Positions 16,047 to 26,184 of a stretch of 40,000 nt of DNA are shown here, one piece after another. The stretch comes from Bacteroides phage DAC17. The stretch is taken from sequence record MT074138.1. One strand, given 5' to 3'. Both the position numbers and the translations under genes were made by a program. A model generated the notes under the pieces. That model did no database searches, had not been told where the DNA came from, and saw only the letters and a list, made by a program, of their open reading frames with translations. Positions within the stretch are counted from its first letter, which is position 1, and every line of letters begins with the position of its first letter.

Positions 16047-19000
16047 ATGAGAGAGTTTACAACTATAGTAGAGTCAGTTGCTGCACCAAGTACTGACAAG
16101 TTATGGATTAATAATGGTGTATTGAAGTACTATGATGGTGCTTCATGGAAGGCATTTACTTCCTCTGGTTGTGGTTGCTCTATTGAAATCAGCAAACAAA
16201 ACACATGGGTTATTAATGGTGTTGATACTGGAAAGCCCTCAAAGGGAGTTAATGGTTACAATGGAGAAGATGGTATTACACCTAAGATTGGGCCTAATGG
16301 GAACTGGTGGATATGTAATACAGATACTGGTGTATTAGCATCTGGGTCTAATGGTAAGCCAGGTGAAGCAGGTGAGAATGGCATAACTCCTCACATTGGT
16401 AGTAACTATAACTGGTTTATAGCAAGTGAAGATACTGGGGTACTTGCCAGAGGCACAAATGGCAAAGATGGAGACCCAGGACCACAAGGCCCTCCAGGAG
16501 AGAAAGGTGATCCAGGAGAACAAGGTACACCTGGGGTTGGAGCTAGAACTGTATTTGCTTTCAAAGTAAGTGCAACTATTCCTGCAACACCAACTGGTGG
16601 TAGTTGGAACCCTGAGACTGATGTAGTCACTTATCCTGTTGGATGGAGTAGTGATGATACTCAGGAAGGTATTGTCTGGATGTCTCATGCTGTATTCAAT
16701 ACAGATGGTAACTTAGATAATGGAGGTTGGAGTAAGCCTATTAGAATGACAGGTGAAGATGGAATCAATGGTACTGATGGTACTAGCATTGAGTTCATAT
16801 TTAAGCTAACCCAGAACACCTATACTGAGCCTACTAAACCTGATAATGATCCTAATACTACAGACTATGTTCCTGATGGCTGGACAGACCGTCCTCAAGG
16901 TATTTCTATAGAGATGCAAGCTGAATGGGTTTGCACTAGAACTAAAGGTGAAACTGCTTGGAGTGACTGGGATGGACCATCACTTTGGTCTAAGTGGGGA
17001 GCTGATGGTAGAGATGGTGATGGTGTTGAATACATCTTTCAGAGAAAGAACAATGCTATACCTCCTGCAAGACCTACTGAAACATCACAAGAACCAGAGT
17101 TCCTTCCTGAAGGCTGGACTGATAATCCTACTGGTGTAGATTCAAACTATCAATGGGAATGGGTATGTCTCAGAAAGTACAAAGATGGTCTTTGGGGAGA
17201 GTTCAGTAACCCTGCTCTTTGGGCTAAGTATGGTGAAGATGGTACTAATGGAGAGAATGGTAACAGTATTAGAGTAATGTATGCTAAGACTGATGGTTCT
17301 GATGAAACTCCTCCTGTTGTTGAAGACAACATAAACCCAGGAAGTATATGGGGAACAGCAATGCCTAACTATACTGACAATGAGGCTATTTGGGGTATTC
17401 AGGCTACAGTTAGCTATGATAACCAGTTGGTAACTAACTGGCAAGGTCCATACCTGATTACAGGTGTTAATGGTAAGAATGGGACTCCTGTTAACTATAA
17501 GACTTATGTATTCAGACAGAGTGATGACAAGCCTCTTGGACCTACAAGCAATGACCCTGAGAACCCAGGAAATGGTTGGGTAGATTACCCTAATACCTCT
17601 GGTAATTGGTGGCAGTGTATTGGTTCAGTAAATGGTGTTACTGGTTTAGTAACTGAATGGAGTGAAGTATTACCTTTGAATGGTAGGGATGGTACTGCAC
17701 AAGATGGTAAGTTCACTGAGTTTAGATTTGCAAAGAGCTCTACTGATGATGCTCCAATCATTAATAAGACTATAAGAACTCCATCAGGTTGGACACTGAC
17801 ATTCCCTACACTGGGAGAAGGTGACATCATGTGGATGACTAAAGCTGTTATTAACCCTGATGATACTCTCTACTCTAATTGGGAAGACCCTGTTAGAATT
17901 AGTGGTGAAAGAGGTCCTCAAGGTAATACTGGTCCTGCTGGACAGCCAGGTGCTCCTGGTAGTCAAGGTGTTAGTGGTATCCCAGGTGTATCATATGAAC
18001 TAAGATACTCATTAGGAATTGAAGATGACTTTGATGCAACATGGAATAGTACAGTAGCTTCTACTAGAAATCCATCTTCTTATGGTTGGATAACTGAGTT
18101 ACCTGCTACTACAGAAGATAAGCCTTACATCTGGATGACACAGGCTAGAATCAAACTAGCTGATAATGATGATACAGTTGGCTCACTTCAAGGAACATGG
18201 TCAGAACCATTCAGATTGAGTGGTGTTAATGGGCTTGATGGTGCACCTGGACCTGCTGGTAAGAAGGGACAAGTAGTATATCCAATGGGTGTTTATAGTA
18301 ATACTACATCTTATACTACAACTGATACTAAAGCACCTTATGTATATGACCCAAGTGATGGTAACTTCTATGTACTAAATGCTGAGATGACTTGGTTAGG
18401 TACAGAGCAGGATAATAGAACTCCTTCACAAGACTTTGCTGCTAATGGTGGTGAGTATTGGTTGAAGTTTGATTCATTTGAAGCTATCTATGCTAAGATT
18501 GGTATCATAGCTAATGGTCTTATTGGTAGTGCTGTATTCAATGGTGACTATATGTTTAGTCAACAAGGAATTGATGAAAGTGGTACAGCTACAACAGCTT
18601 ATGAGAACTTTGGTACTGAGAATTTTACTCCTAATTATCAAGTTAATTTTGCTACTGGTGAAGTTTGGTTTGGAGGAGGTAAAGCAAAAATAAATGCAGA
18701 TGGTAGTGGGTATCTAGCTGATGGTAAGATTAACTTCACTGCTGATGGTAAGGCTATAGGAGACCTATTTGATAAACAATATGCTCTTGGGTCTATTAAT
18801 ATAGACCTTCCTACTGTCCCTGATGGGAGTATTAAGAATGTGATACTTCCATATTATGTTACTCGTGTTATACCTAAGCATAATTTCAGAGTTGCAAGTC
18901 AGTCAGATAGTCTTATATTCAAGCTAGATGGTGTAACAAGATACCATGTTGGAAATCTCAATATTGAGAGCCTTGTGGGTACAGGGCATGGTTACCTTAG

Positions 19001-19103
19001 GATGACTGGGTACTATTCTGGAACTGAAGATGCTACTGGAAATAGTATAACCACTTGGTTAATAGAAGACATTCATTTTGGAGAAGCTACAAGTTATCCA
19101 TAA
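16047..19103 (+). CDS. 1018-aa collagen-like head/tail fibre with repeated modules
   Basis: GxY tracts (GDPGPQGPPGEKGDPGEQGTPG, GERGPQGNTGPAGQPGAPGSQG, GAPGPAGKKG) and repeated GWTDxPxG...WxCxR...W modules. Confidence 0.85.
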   Translation: MREFTTIVESVAAPSTDKLWINNGVLKYYDGASWKAFTSSGCGCSIEISKQNTWVINGVDTGKPSKGVNGYNGEDGITPKIGPNGNWWICNTDTGVLASGSNGKPGEAGENGITPHIGSNYNWFIASEDTGVLARGTNGKDGDPGPQGPPGEKGDPGEQGTPGVGARTVFAFKVSATIPATPTGGSWNPETDVVTYPVGWSSDDTQEGIVWMSHAVFNTDGNLDNGGWSKPIRMTGEDGINGTDGTSIEFIFKLTQNTYTEPTKPDNDPNTTDYVPDGWTDRPQGISIEMQAEWVCTRTKGETAWSDWDGPSLWSKWGADGRDGDGVEYIFQRKNNAIPPARPTETSQEPEFLPEGWTDNPTGVDSNYQWEWVCLRKYKDGLWGEFSNPALWAKYGEDGTNGENGNSIRVMYAKTDGSDETPPVVEDNINPGSIWGTAMPNYTDNEAIWGIQATVSYDNQLVTNWQGPYLITGVNGKNGTPVNYKTYVFRQSDDKPLGPTSNDPENPGNGWVDYPNTSGNWWQCIGSVNGVTGLVTEWSEVLPLNGRDGTAQDGKFTEFRFAKSSTDDAPIINKTIRTPSGWTLTFPTLGEGDIMWMTKAVINPDDTLYSNWEDPVRISGERGPQGNTGPAGQPGAPGSQGVSGIPGVSYELRYSLGIEDDFDATWNSTVASTRNPSSYGWITELPATTEDKPYIWMTQARIKLADNDDTVGSLQGTWSEPFRLSGVNGLDGAPGPAGKKGQVVYPMGVYSNTTSYTTTDTKAPYVYDPSDGNFYVLNAEMTWLGTEQDNRTPSQDFAANGGEYWLKFDSFEAIYAKIGIIANGLIGSAVFNGDYMFSQQGIDESGTATTAYENFGTENFTPNYQVNFATGEVWFGGGKAKINADGSGYLADGKINFTADGKAIGDLFDKQYALGSINIDLPTVPDGSIKNVILPYYVTRVIPKHNFRVASQSDSLIFKLDGVTRYHVGNLNIESLVGTGHGYLRMTGYYSGTEDATGNSITTWLIEDIHFGEATSYP

Positions 19104-19128
19104 TAACAAAATATAAAGAGATAATAAT

Positions 19129-20154
19129 ATGTATTTTACACAAGAAGATTATAGAAAGATAGAGAGGTACTTGAAGGCTAAAGCTATTGCAGACACACAG
19201 TTAAATGTAGCTGGCCTCCCTCTCAATGGTGATGAGACAATAGCTATTGTGCAGAATAATCACAATGTGCAGATGTCTGTCAATAGTATTGTGAGTCAGT
19301 TCTTTGGTTTAGGAGTAGCTGACTTCATCAATGTCACTGATAGATATAATGCTTCTTACATAAACATAGGTGAGGCTATTAGTCTGATACCTATCAGAGC
19401 TAGAAAGATTGGACAAGTGATTACCTTCCTCAATGAGGCAGGTAATTGGTCCATCTATCAGTTCACTGGTAGAGTGAAGAATCAATGGAATAACCTTACT
19501 TTATGGAAAGATTTATTTGAATCTATCATAATTGACTCTATCCTTCCTGATGAGGAAGACCTCACTGGGGTTAGAATGGGGAGCAATGAGTACTTGAAGT
19601 TCAAGAACAAAGAGTATGATACTTCTGAGTTCTCTGGTTTAGGTAGATTCTTTGTTAGAAAGAACATAGTAGGAGGCAAGAATATCCTTACTCAGAGTGT
19701 GTTCAATAAGGCTGATACTATCTACATTATACAGTATGACCATGACTTGAATGGTCAGACTATTACACTGCCTACCAGAAGTGTATTATTCTTTGAGGGT
19801 GGTAGTATATCTAATGGTACATTAGTATTCAACCAGACACTTGTAATAACCCCTTCATTCCTCATTAGTGACTCAATCAAGGCTAATATACAAGGTACTT
19901 ATGCAGCAGGTCAGTCATTATATGATACTGTACTAAACCAAGTTAAGTACTTTAATGGGGATATATGGGTATTACCTGATGGTTATAACATAGAGTATAA
20001 CAGGAAGGGTACTACTGCACAGAGACCTACCCTAAGTACTACTGAGGCTAGATTTACATACTTTGATACTGACTTAGGTCAGAATATTGTATGGGATGGT
20101 ACTCAGTGGCTAAACCCAGATGGTACTCTGATAGACAAGGTTACTATAGTATAA
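19129..20154 (+). CDS. Tail-fibre/tip protein
   Basis: DLNGQTITLPxxSVLFFEGGSISNGTL and C-terminal GTTAQRPTL...NIVWDGTQWLNPDG modules shared with 20253-22493. Confidence 0.65.
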   Translation: MYFTQEDYRKIERYLKAKAIADTQLNVAGLPLNGDETIAIVQNNHNVQMSVNSIVSQFFGLGVADFINVTDRYNASYINIGEAISLIPIRARKIGQVITFLNEAGNWSIYQFTGRVKNQWNNLTLWKDLFESIIIDSILPDEEDLTGVRMGSNEYLKFKNKEYDTSEFSGLGRFFVRKNIVGGKNILTQSVFNKADTIYIIQYDHDLNGQTITLPTRSVLFFEGGSISNGTLVFNQTLVITPSFLISDSIKANIQGTYAAGQSLYDTVLNQVKYFNGDIWVLPDGYNIEYNRKGTTAQRPTLSTTEARFTYFDTDLGQNIVWDGTQWLNPDGTLIDKVTIV

Positions 20155-20159
20155 TAAAT

Positions 20160-20196
20160 AAAGTAGTAGTTGATATATAAGTCAGCTACTACTTTT
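20160..20196 (+). terminator. Intrinsic terminator aaagtagtag(t)tga...tca(g)ctactacttt
   Basis: Long stem with one mismatch, T-rich 3' arm. Confidence 0.7.
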
Positions 20197-20198
20197 AC

Positions 20199-20229
20199 TT
20201 GTATATATGAGATATTTTACTTATATTTG
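20199..20229 (+). promoter_or_regulatory. Bacteroidetes-type promoter (-33 TTG 20199-20201, -7 TATATTTG 20222-20229)
   Basis: TTG-N20-TATATTTGCA, directly after the terminator and before ATG 20253. Confidence 0.75.
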
Positions 20230-20252
20230 CAACTGATTAAAAACAAAGAACT

Positions 20253-22493
20253 ATGGCAATACAAGATAAGTTCAATAAAGCAAATACTATCTATAAGATT
20301 ACCAAGGATATAGACTTAGGAGCTACTACTTTAACTATACCAGCTAACTGCACTCTTGACTTTCAAGGAGGGTCATTTAGTAATGGCAACTTAGTGTGCA
20401 ATTTCACTAAGGTTAGTGCTAATTACAGAGTATTTAAAGAGGGATTAACTCTCTCTGGTAGGGTAATAGGTTCTATATCACCTTTGCATTTTGGTGCATA
20501 TGAGAGTGATAATCCTATTATGAATTACAATTCTATATATATGGCATATGAATATGCTAATATACTACAATGTTCTGTAAGTTGGGAAGGTATATCTGAG
20601 ATACAAGTAGCAGTTCCAGCAGGGGCAAAGTCTATTAAGTTAATAGGGTACAATGACTTTAATGGAGTAACTATTAGAGTTACCAATAACTCCCAAACAC
20701 TTCCTTTATTTTTAATAAGCAATGCAGCAACAGATACACCTATTACCATCTCAAAAAGCTTATTAGAGGGCTTGGACTACTCCTCAGTGCCAGAACTTAG
20801 TGATGGTATGTACCTATTAAAGGTAAAAGATGAGACTATATGGACTGTAAGGAATGATAATGGTACTATATCAGATGTATACAGAAAGGACTTAATCCTT
20901 ATAAATAATGGGCAGGCATATAACAGACCTATATATTCATATGAGTCAGATGTATCCTCCCCATCTTTCACCTATGTGCCTGTTAACTCTTCTTCCACTG
21001 TTGTAAGCAACCTGAATATTGTTAGAGAAGAAGCTAGTACATTTGTTACATATGCTATTAGGTGTGAGAATATTAACAATTTGCAGCTGAATAATATAAC
21101 TGTATACACACCCCCAGGCTCTAGTTTAATAAATGACTTAACCTTCTACATAATGAATTGTTCTATGGTTAAGATGTCCAATATAAGTATCAATGGTTTA
21201 TATGATGTAACAAGTTATGCATATGGTATATATATGAATAACTGCTACAATATAGTTTTTGATAGAATTAATACTGCTAATGACAGGTGGGGCATATTTG
21301 GGACTTATAACTTGAATACTGTATCTATGTATAATAGCAGTGTAAATAGATTTGATATCCACTGTTATGGCAAAGATATAAGTTTCACTGGTTGTAAGTT
21401 TAGAGGAACATATAATCAGATAGGTTGTGTATATGGTAATATATCATTCCTAGATTGTACATTTGAGAACTTCACTCCAATTCAGTATGAGGGATCATTT
21501 AATGCATATGTTCCACATGATGTTACGTTCACAAATTGTACATTGACAAATCAAGCTAGTTTCAACTATCTGCTTAGGTGTTATAATTTAACAGCAACTG
21601 TAAATTCAAGACCAGAACTATCAAAGAAGTGCCTGCCTAATGTTACTGTTAATAATCTGATAGTGAATGGAGAGCCTTCTATATTCTACATATTTTATAC
21701 ATATGAGCCCAATATAGTTACTATGGATTACATAGAACATATTAGGATTGATGGACTCAAACTAGTGAATTGGAATGAAACTGGAATGGACATTGCAATT
21801 AGAGATATTAGGACCTATAATACAGTTAACTACTACTTTGCTAACATTGATTTGTTACAAGTTAGTGATGCAGATATAGCGTTGGAGCCTGCTAAAAATG
21901 TAATTAGCAATCCACTAAATATCACAAAGATGGTGTCCTCCAATAATGTAGTTAGCACTATTAATGTGAAGAACTCTAGATTTGGATTCCCACTAAGTAG
22001 TTCAACTCTATGTAATTTCAACTTTGAGAATTGCACTATTACAAGTATCAAGAATAATGATAGTACTAATCATGGGGTTTTTACTAACTGTAGGTTATAT
22101 TTGACTAATATATCTAATGACAATTATCAGTTTGCTTATACAAACTCTATATATACTAACTGTCACTTTATAAGATTTAGAACAGCAGATAGATTGAGAT
22201 TATATAATATTGGGTATTATAAGTTCATAGGGTGCACTAAGAATACTGGAGAAGACTTACTACTATATCAGGGATTAAATGCACTAGATGAATTAATGGG
22301 GGTTGAATGTGACATTCCAGTTATTTCAGCACCATTAATATATGACTATACAGCTTATACTAGAGGAACTACTGACAGTAGACCTACATTAGGAGGGTCC
22401 TTTGTATGTCAATATTATGACACTACTTTAAAGAAGTACATTTTATGGAATGGTACAAGTTGGGTAAATATAGATGGAACATCATTAACCTAG
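20253..22493 (+). CDS. 746-aa tail-spike-like protein (parallel beta-helix-like)
   Basis: DLGATTLTIPANCTLDFQGGSFSNGNLVCN; Asn-rich repetitive beta-helix-like body; C-terminal RP(T)L...YYDTTLKKYILWNGTSWVNIDG. Confidence 0.7.
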   Translation: MAIQDKFNKANTIYKITKDIDLGATTLTIPANCTLDFQGGSFSNGNLVCNFTKVSANYRVFKEGLTLSGRVIGSISPLHFGAYESDNPIMNYNSIYMAYEYANILQCSVSWEGISEIQVAVPAGAKSIKLIGYNDFNGVTIRVTNNSQTLPLFLISNAATDTPITISKSLLEGLDYSSVPELSDGMYLLKVKDETIWTVRNDNGTISDVYRKDLILINNGQAYNRPIYSYESDVSSPSFTYVPVNSSSTVVSNLNIVREEASTFVTYAIRCENINNLQLNNITVYTPPGSSLINDLTFYIMNCSMVKMSNISINGLYDVTSYAYGIYMNNCYNIVFDRINTANDRWGIFGTYNLNTVSMYNSSVNRFDIHCYGKDISFTGCKFRGTYNQIGCVYGNISFLDCTFENFTPIQYEGSFNAYVPHDVTFTNCTLTNQASFNYLLRCYNLTATVNSRPELSKKCLPNVTVNNLIVNGEPSIFYIFYTYEPNIVTMDYIEHIRIDGLKLVNWNETGMDIAIRDIRTYNTVNYYFANIDLLQVSDADIALEPAKNVISNPLNITKMVSSNNVVSTINVKNSRFGFPLSSSTLCNFNFENCTITSIKNNDSTNHGVFTNCRLYLTNISNDNYQFAYTNSIYTNCHFIRFRTADRLRLYNIGYYKFIGCTKNTGEDLLLYQGLNALDELMGVECDIPVISAPLIYDYTAYTRGTTDSRPTLGGSFVCQYYDTTLKKYILWNGTSWVNIDGTSLT

Positions 22494-22499
22494 TAGGAT

Positions 22500-24131
22500 A
22501 TGAATGATACACAACAATTAATAAAGAAAAGAAGTTAAGGGGTTGGATATCAAAATATCTACCCCAAGACTTATATAGAGCTGGTATCAGACAGGCTAAC
22601 TAACCAGTTGCTTTCTGATATACTTGCTAGATTCAACTTCTTATATCTGGTATATGATGGAGATGCATCTAATACAAGGCTCCAAGTAGAAGCACAGTAC
22701 AGGAGAAAAGGGCTATGGATAGCTTACGTAAGAACAGATGGCACTCTCATTACTGAGTATTCTACCTCAGATAATATAGATGATGAGACATGGAGTTCTG
22801 ATGCTAACTGGGACTCAGCTACTACAGCAGTAATAGATATCAAATCATTAGAGCCTGAAGACTTAACATTAGAGTTAGAGAAGATTACATTTGCTAATAG
22901 AGCCTATAATCCATCTACATACTCAGGTATGGGTTATACCATTCTGAGAAAGAACATTCAAACAGTTCCTTCAGTTGGTACAGTCAACTTGTTAACTCAA
23001 GATATGATTAGTAACCCTAACACTGTATATGAGATTAGATATGACTTCAATCTTAATGGAGCTACTATTAACATACCAGAAGGTTCTGTTCTTGACTTTA
23101 AGGGAGGCAGTCTGGGGAATGGTACTATTATTGGTAGTACAACAAAACTAAACCTCAAGTCAGGTTATCTAATTAACTTGAATCTGAGTGGAAGTTATGA
23201 TATTGAGTATATATCATATAGATACTTTAAGAATTATTTAGATGATACTACCTTGGTAGCAGCAATGTTTGATCTGCTGTTCAATAATATATCTAAGTCA
23301 ACTCTAGACCTGGAACCTGATAGATTATATAACATATACAGTGAAACTTTAGTGGGGTATGCTACATCTATCTATGAATACACTAATGTTAGTGACAAGC
23401 GCATTAATGGTAATAGTGCTGTATTCAATGACTTGAGAACAAGAGCTCAAATGGGGACTACTAGATATGATGGTATCCTAGGATTGAATAACTCTCATAA
23501 TATTCAGATTCTGTATTTAAACTATCAAAACTTAAATGAAGATTATGACCTACCAACTCAAATAGGTTATATTGGTAGCTCCTTTATACTGTTAAATTCA
23601 GATTGTTCTAATATAGAAGTAGTATCTAATATCATAGGGGCTAGATCAGTAACTGTAGAACAACTAGGAGTACCATTCTCTATAGACTTAGGTCTGACAA
23701 GTACACAACATGATTCTGTTATTTCTCCTTTTATGGGGGGTTTAGCATTCAATAGAAGCTCTGAGCTAATAGGTAGCTATATTAGACAAGAGGGAACTAT
23801 TTATGTTCCATCAGATGATGGAGACTTAACTAATGCATCAATTACCTTATTCCCAAGAGTACTTATACTAAGTTCTCTGGTTGTTGATGGTAGAGATATG
23901 GTGGAGATTGAGTATATCCTACAAAGATCAAATGGTAGTATAGTATATGAGAACCTTACTAGCTTACCTAAGTCAGGCACAACAGGAAGTTATAGTGCAT
24001 ACCAGAATAGCTCATTAGATCCTCTCTATATTGATGATGGAATAACTTTAGGTGTAACCTTCTATCTAACTGATGCCTCTACTGAGGAGAAAACAGTACT
24101 TAAAACATATAAGCTGTATATCTATAAATAG
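22500..24131 (+). CDS. Tail-fibre-like protein; 5' end interrupted by in-frame TAA at 22536-22538 (open ORF in track 22608-24131)
   Basis: MNDTQQLIKKRS*GVGYQNIYPKTYIELVSDRLTNQLLSDILARFNFLY... same frame; LDFKGGSLGNGT module shared with neighbours. Confidence 0.6.
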
Positions 24132-24168
24132 ACTACATAGATATACCATTAGCAAATGACTTATACTC

Positions 24169-24199
24169 TTGTATGGGTCATTTCTTTTTTGTATGTTTG
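24169..24199 (+). promoter_or_regulatory. Bacteroidetes-type promoter (-33 TTG 24169-24171, -7 TATGTTTG 24192-24199)
   Basis: TTG-N20-TATGTTTGCA. Confidence 0.75.
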
Positions 24200-24218
24200 C
24201 ACTAAATTAAAAAGGGGT

Positions 24219-24830
24219 ATGAGGAAGTTAGTTTATATATTAGTGGGAATAAGTATCTTATCTATACTAGGTCTTGTATGGATGAATAAGAGATACCAGA
24301 AACTGCATACCAAGTATGAGGTTTCAATAGAAAACATAAAGGCATATGATAGAGAGTTGAGTCTCTCAAATGGGAATAACAGGGTTTATAAACTAACAAT
24401 AGACCAGTTGAACTACTTCAATGATTCTATACTCAAGAAGATGAATGAAGTAAGGAAGGAACTAGGTATTAAGGATAGTAAGATAAAGCAGATGCAATAT
24501 CAGCTAACTAATGTGGAAAAAGGTGATAGTATAACACTACCCGACACTGTTTTTGTCAATCCAGCATTCAAGTTGGACACAATAATAGGTGACCAGTGGG
24601 CTAGTAACCACCTTGTATTGAAGTATCCTAACTATATCAAGAGTACTCCTAAATTTAAGTTAGAGAGTTTCTTGTATGTAGATGCTAAGAAAGAGACTAT
24701 AAACCCACCCAAGAAGTTCTTCCTCTTCAGGTGGTTTCAGAAGAAACATCTCACCTTAAGGATAACTATAGAGGAAAAGAATCCATATGCTACTACAGAG
24801 AAGCAGAAGTTTATAGAAATTATTAAATAG
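24219..24830 (+). CDS. Membrane-anchored coiled-coil protein, spanin-like candidate
   Basis: MRKLVYILVGISILSILGLVWMNKRYQ TM segment then coiled coil; track start 24156 lies upstream of the promoter. Confidence 0.6.
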   Translation: MRKLVYILVGISILSILGLVWMNKRYQKLHTKYEVSIENIKAYDRELSLSNGNNRVYKLTIDQLNYFNDSILKKMNEVRKELGIKDSKIKQMQYQLTNVEKGDSITLPDTVFVNPAFKLDTIIGDQWASNHLVLKYPNYIKSTPKFKLESFLYVDAKKETINPPKKFFLFRWFQKKHLTLRITIEEKNPYATTEKQKFIEIIK

Positions 24831-24837
24831 AATAAAG

Positions 24838-25239
24838 ATGGATACAGCACAGATTATTGGGTTAGTGTTAGGTTCCAACTTGGTTAATAGTATAGTTACT
24901 TGGATACTATCAAGGAGAAAGAATGAAGCTGAAGTCAATAAGACTAATGCTGAAGTTGATAGTACTCAACTTGATAATCTGACTAAGCAGTTAGACTTCT
25001 ATAAGAAGCTAGTAACTGACTATAAGCACCAACTGGAAGAGTATATACAGATCAGTGAAGAGAATAGACTTGAACTTCTTAGATTGAGAAGAGTAGTAGG
25101 TAACATAGTGGTTGATGCTTGCTTAGCCAAAGGCTGTAGCAAGAGAGTCTATTTAGATGATAAGACAGTAGAGGAACTGTTGGGAGGAACAAAGGAAGAA
25201 GTTAAATCAAAACTATATAATAATGAGAAGACTGATTAG
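24838..25239 (+). CDS. Membrane-anchored coiled-coil protein, holin/spanin-like candidate
   Basis: N-terminal hydrophobic AQIIGLVLGSNLVNSIVTWIL, then coiled coil. Confidence 0.5.
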   Translation: MDTAQIIGLVLGSNLVNSIVTWILSRRKNEAEVNKTNAEVDSTQLDNLTKQLDFYKKLVTDYKHQLEEYIQISEENRLELLRLRRVVGNIVVDACLAKGCSKRVYLDDKTVEELLGGTKEEVKSKLYNNEKTD

Positions 25240-25588
25240 TTATAATGTATTTGAAGGGGACCCTAACCTGATTGCAGAGGGTCAGATTCTAGTAATAAGA
25301 GATTCTAATGTTGAAGGTAAGATATCAGACATTCAACAAAGAGTAAATAGTAAGTTAGTATCTATGCTGACTTGCAAAGAGAGCAAAGTATTATTTGCTA
25401 TTGGTGCTTCACCAGAAGATGCTACTATTACAATCAATGGTCAGGGTACTAACATGGTATATGTAAGTCCAGGTGATAAAGTATCTTACAGTGTGGAAAA
25501 GACAGGGTACTTCCCACAGAGTGAGGATGACTTAGTGGTTAGTACTGATACTATTAAAACTATAGTACTACAAGTGAGACAAAGCTAA
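25223..25588 (+). CDS. 121-aa protein, possible Ig-like beta domain
   Basis: ATITINGQGTNMVYVSPGDKVSYSVEKTGYFPQ beta-sandwich-like pattern. Confidence 0.45.
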   Translation: MRRLISYNVFEGDPNLIAEGQILVIRDSNVEGKISDIQQRVNSKLVSMLTCKESKVLFAIGASPEDATITINGQGTNMVYVSPGDKVSYSVEKTGYFPQSEDDLVVSTDTIKTIVLQVRQS

Positions 25589-25589
25589 T

Positions 25590-26051
25590 ATGAAGCTAAG
25601 ATTGAAGAGGATATTCAGAGGTGATAAGTACACAATAGGCAAGCTCTACATCAATGAAGTATATGAGTGTGATACTATAGAAGATACTGATAGAATGCTC
25701 ACATCTCAGATGTCTGTAGATGAGATTGCATCTAAGAAGGTATATGGGGAGACAGCTATTCCTACAGGTACTTATAAGATAGACATGGATACTGTTAGTC
25801 CTAAGTTCCAGAATAGAGCCTGGGCTAAACCTTATAATGGTAAGTTGCCTAGACTAATTGATGTTAAAGGTTATAGTGGAGTGCTTATCCATGTAGGAAA
25901 CAAACCAGAGGATACATTAGGTTGTATCTTGGTTGGAGAGAATAAAGTAAAGGGGCAGGTTATTAATAGCACAGCTACCTTCTATGAATTAATGACAGCT
26001 CTTCTCAAAGCACATAAAGCTGGAGAGGAAATATGCATTACCATAGAATAG
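25590..26051 (+). CDS. DUF5675-like protein, candidate peptidoglycan peptidase
   Basis: GYSGVLIHVGNKPEDTLGCILVGEN with conserved His/Cys arrangement. Confidence 0.65.
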   Translation: MKLRLKRIFRGDKYTIGKLYINEVYECDTIEDTDRMLTSQMSVDEIASKKVYGETAIPTGTYKIDMDTVSPKFQNRAWAKPYNGKLPRLIDVKGYSGVLIHVGNKPEDTLGCILVGENKVKGQVINSTATFYELMTALLKAHKAGEEICITIE

Positions 26052-26061
26052 TATGAAGGTT

Positions 26062-26100
26062 GGGGAGGGAGTTAAGTTTAACTCTGCTCCCCTTTCTTTT
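26062..26100 (+). terminator. Intrinsic terminator ggggag.gagttaa-gt-ttaactc..ctcccc-tttctttt
   Basis: Long near-perfect stem plus T-rich tail. Confidence 0.8.
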
Positions 26101-26153
26101 GTCAATACTCTAAGTATCTTACTAATACTCAAATGACAGTTAGACTTATAGTA

Positions 26154-26184
26154 TTGCACAATTAGAAAGTTTACTTTATCTTTG
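26154..26184 (+). promoter_or_regulatory. Bacteroidetes-type promoter for capsid operon (-33 TTG 26154-26156, -7 TATCTTTG 26177-26184)
   Basis: TTG-N20-TATCTTTGCA. Confidence 0.8.

Noticed and set aside
24116-24146. Inverted repeat gtatatcta...tagatatac at the end of the fibre gene
   Set aside because: AT-only 9-bp stem with no T tract; too weak to call a terminator.
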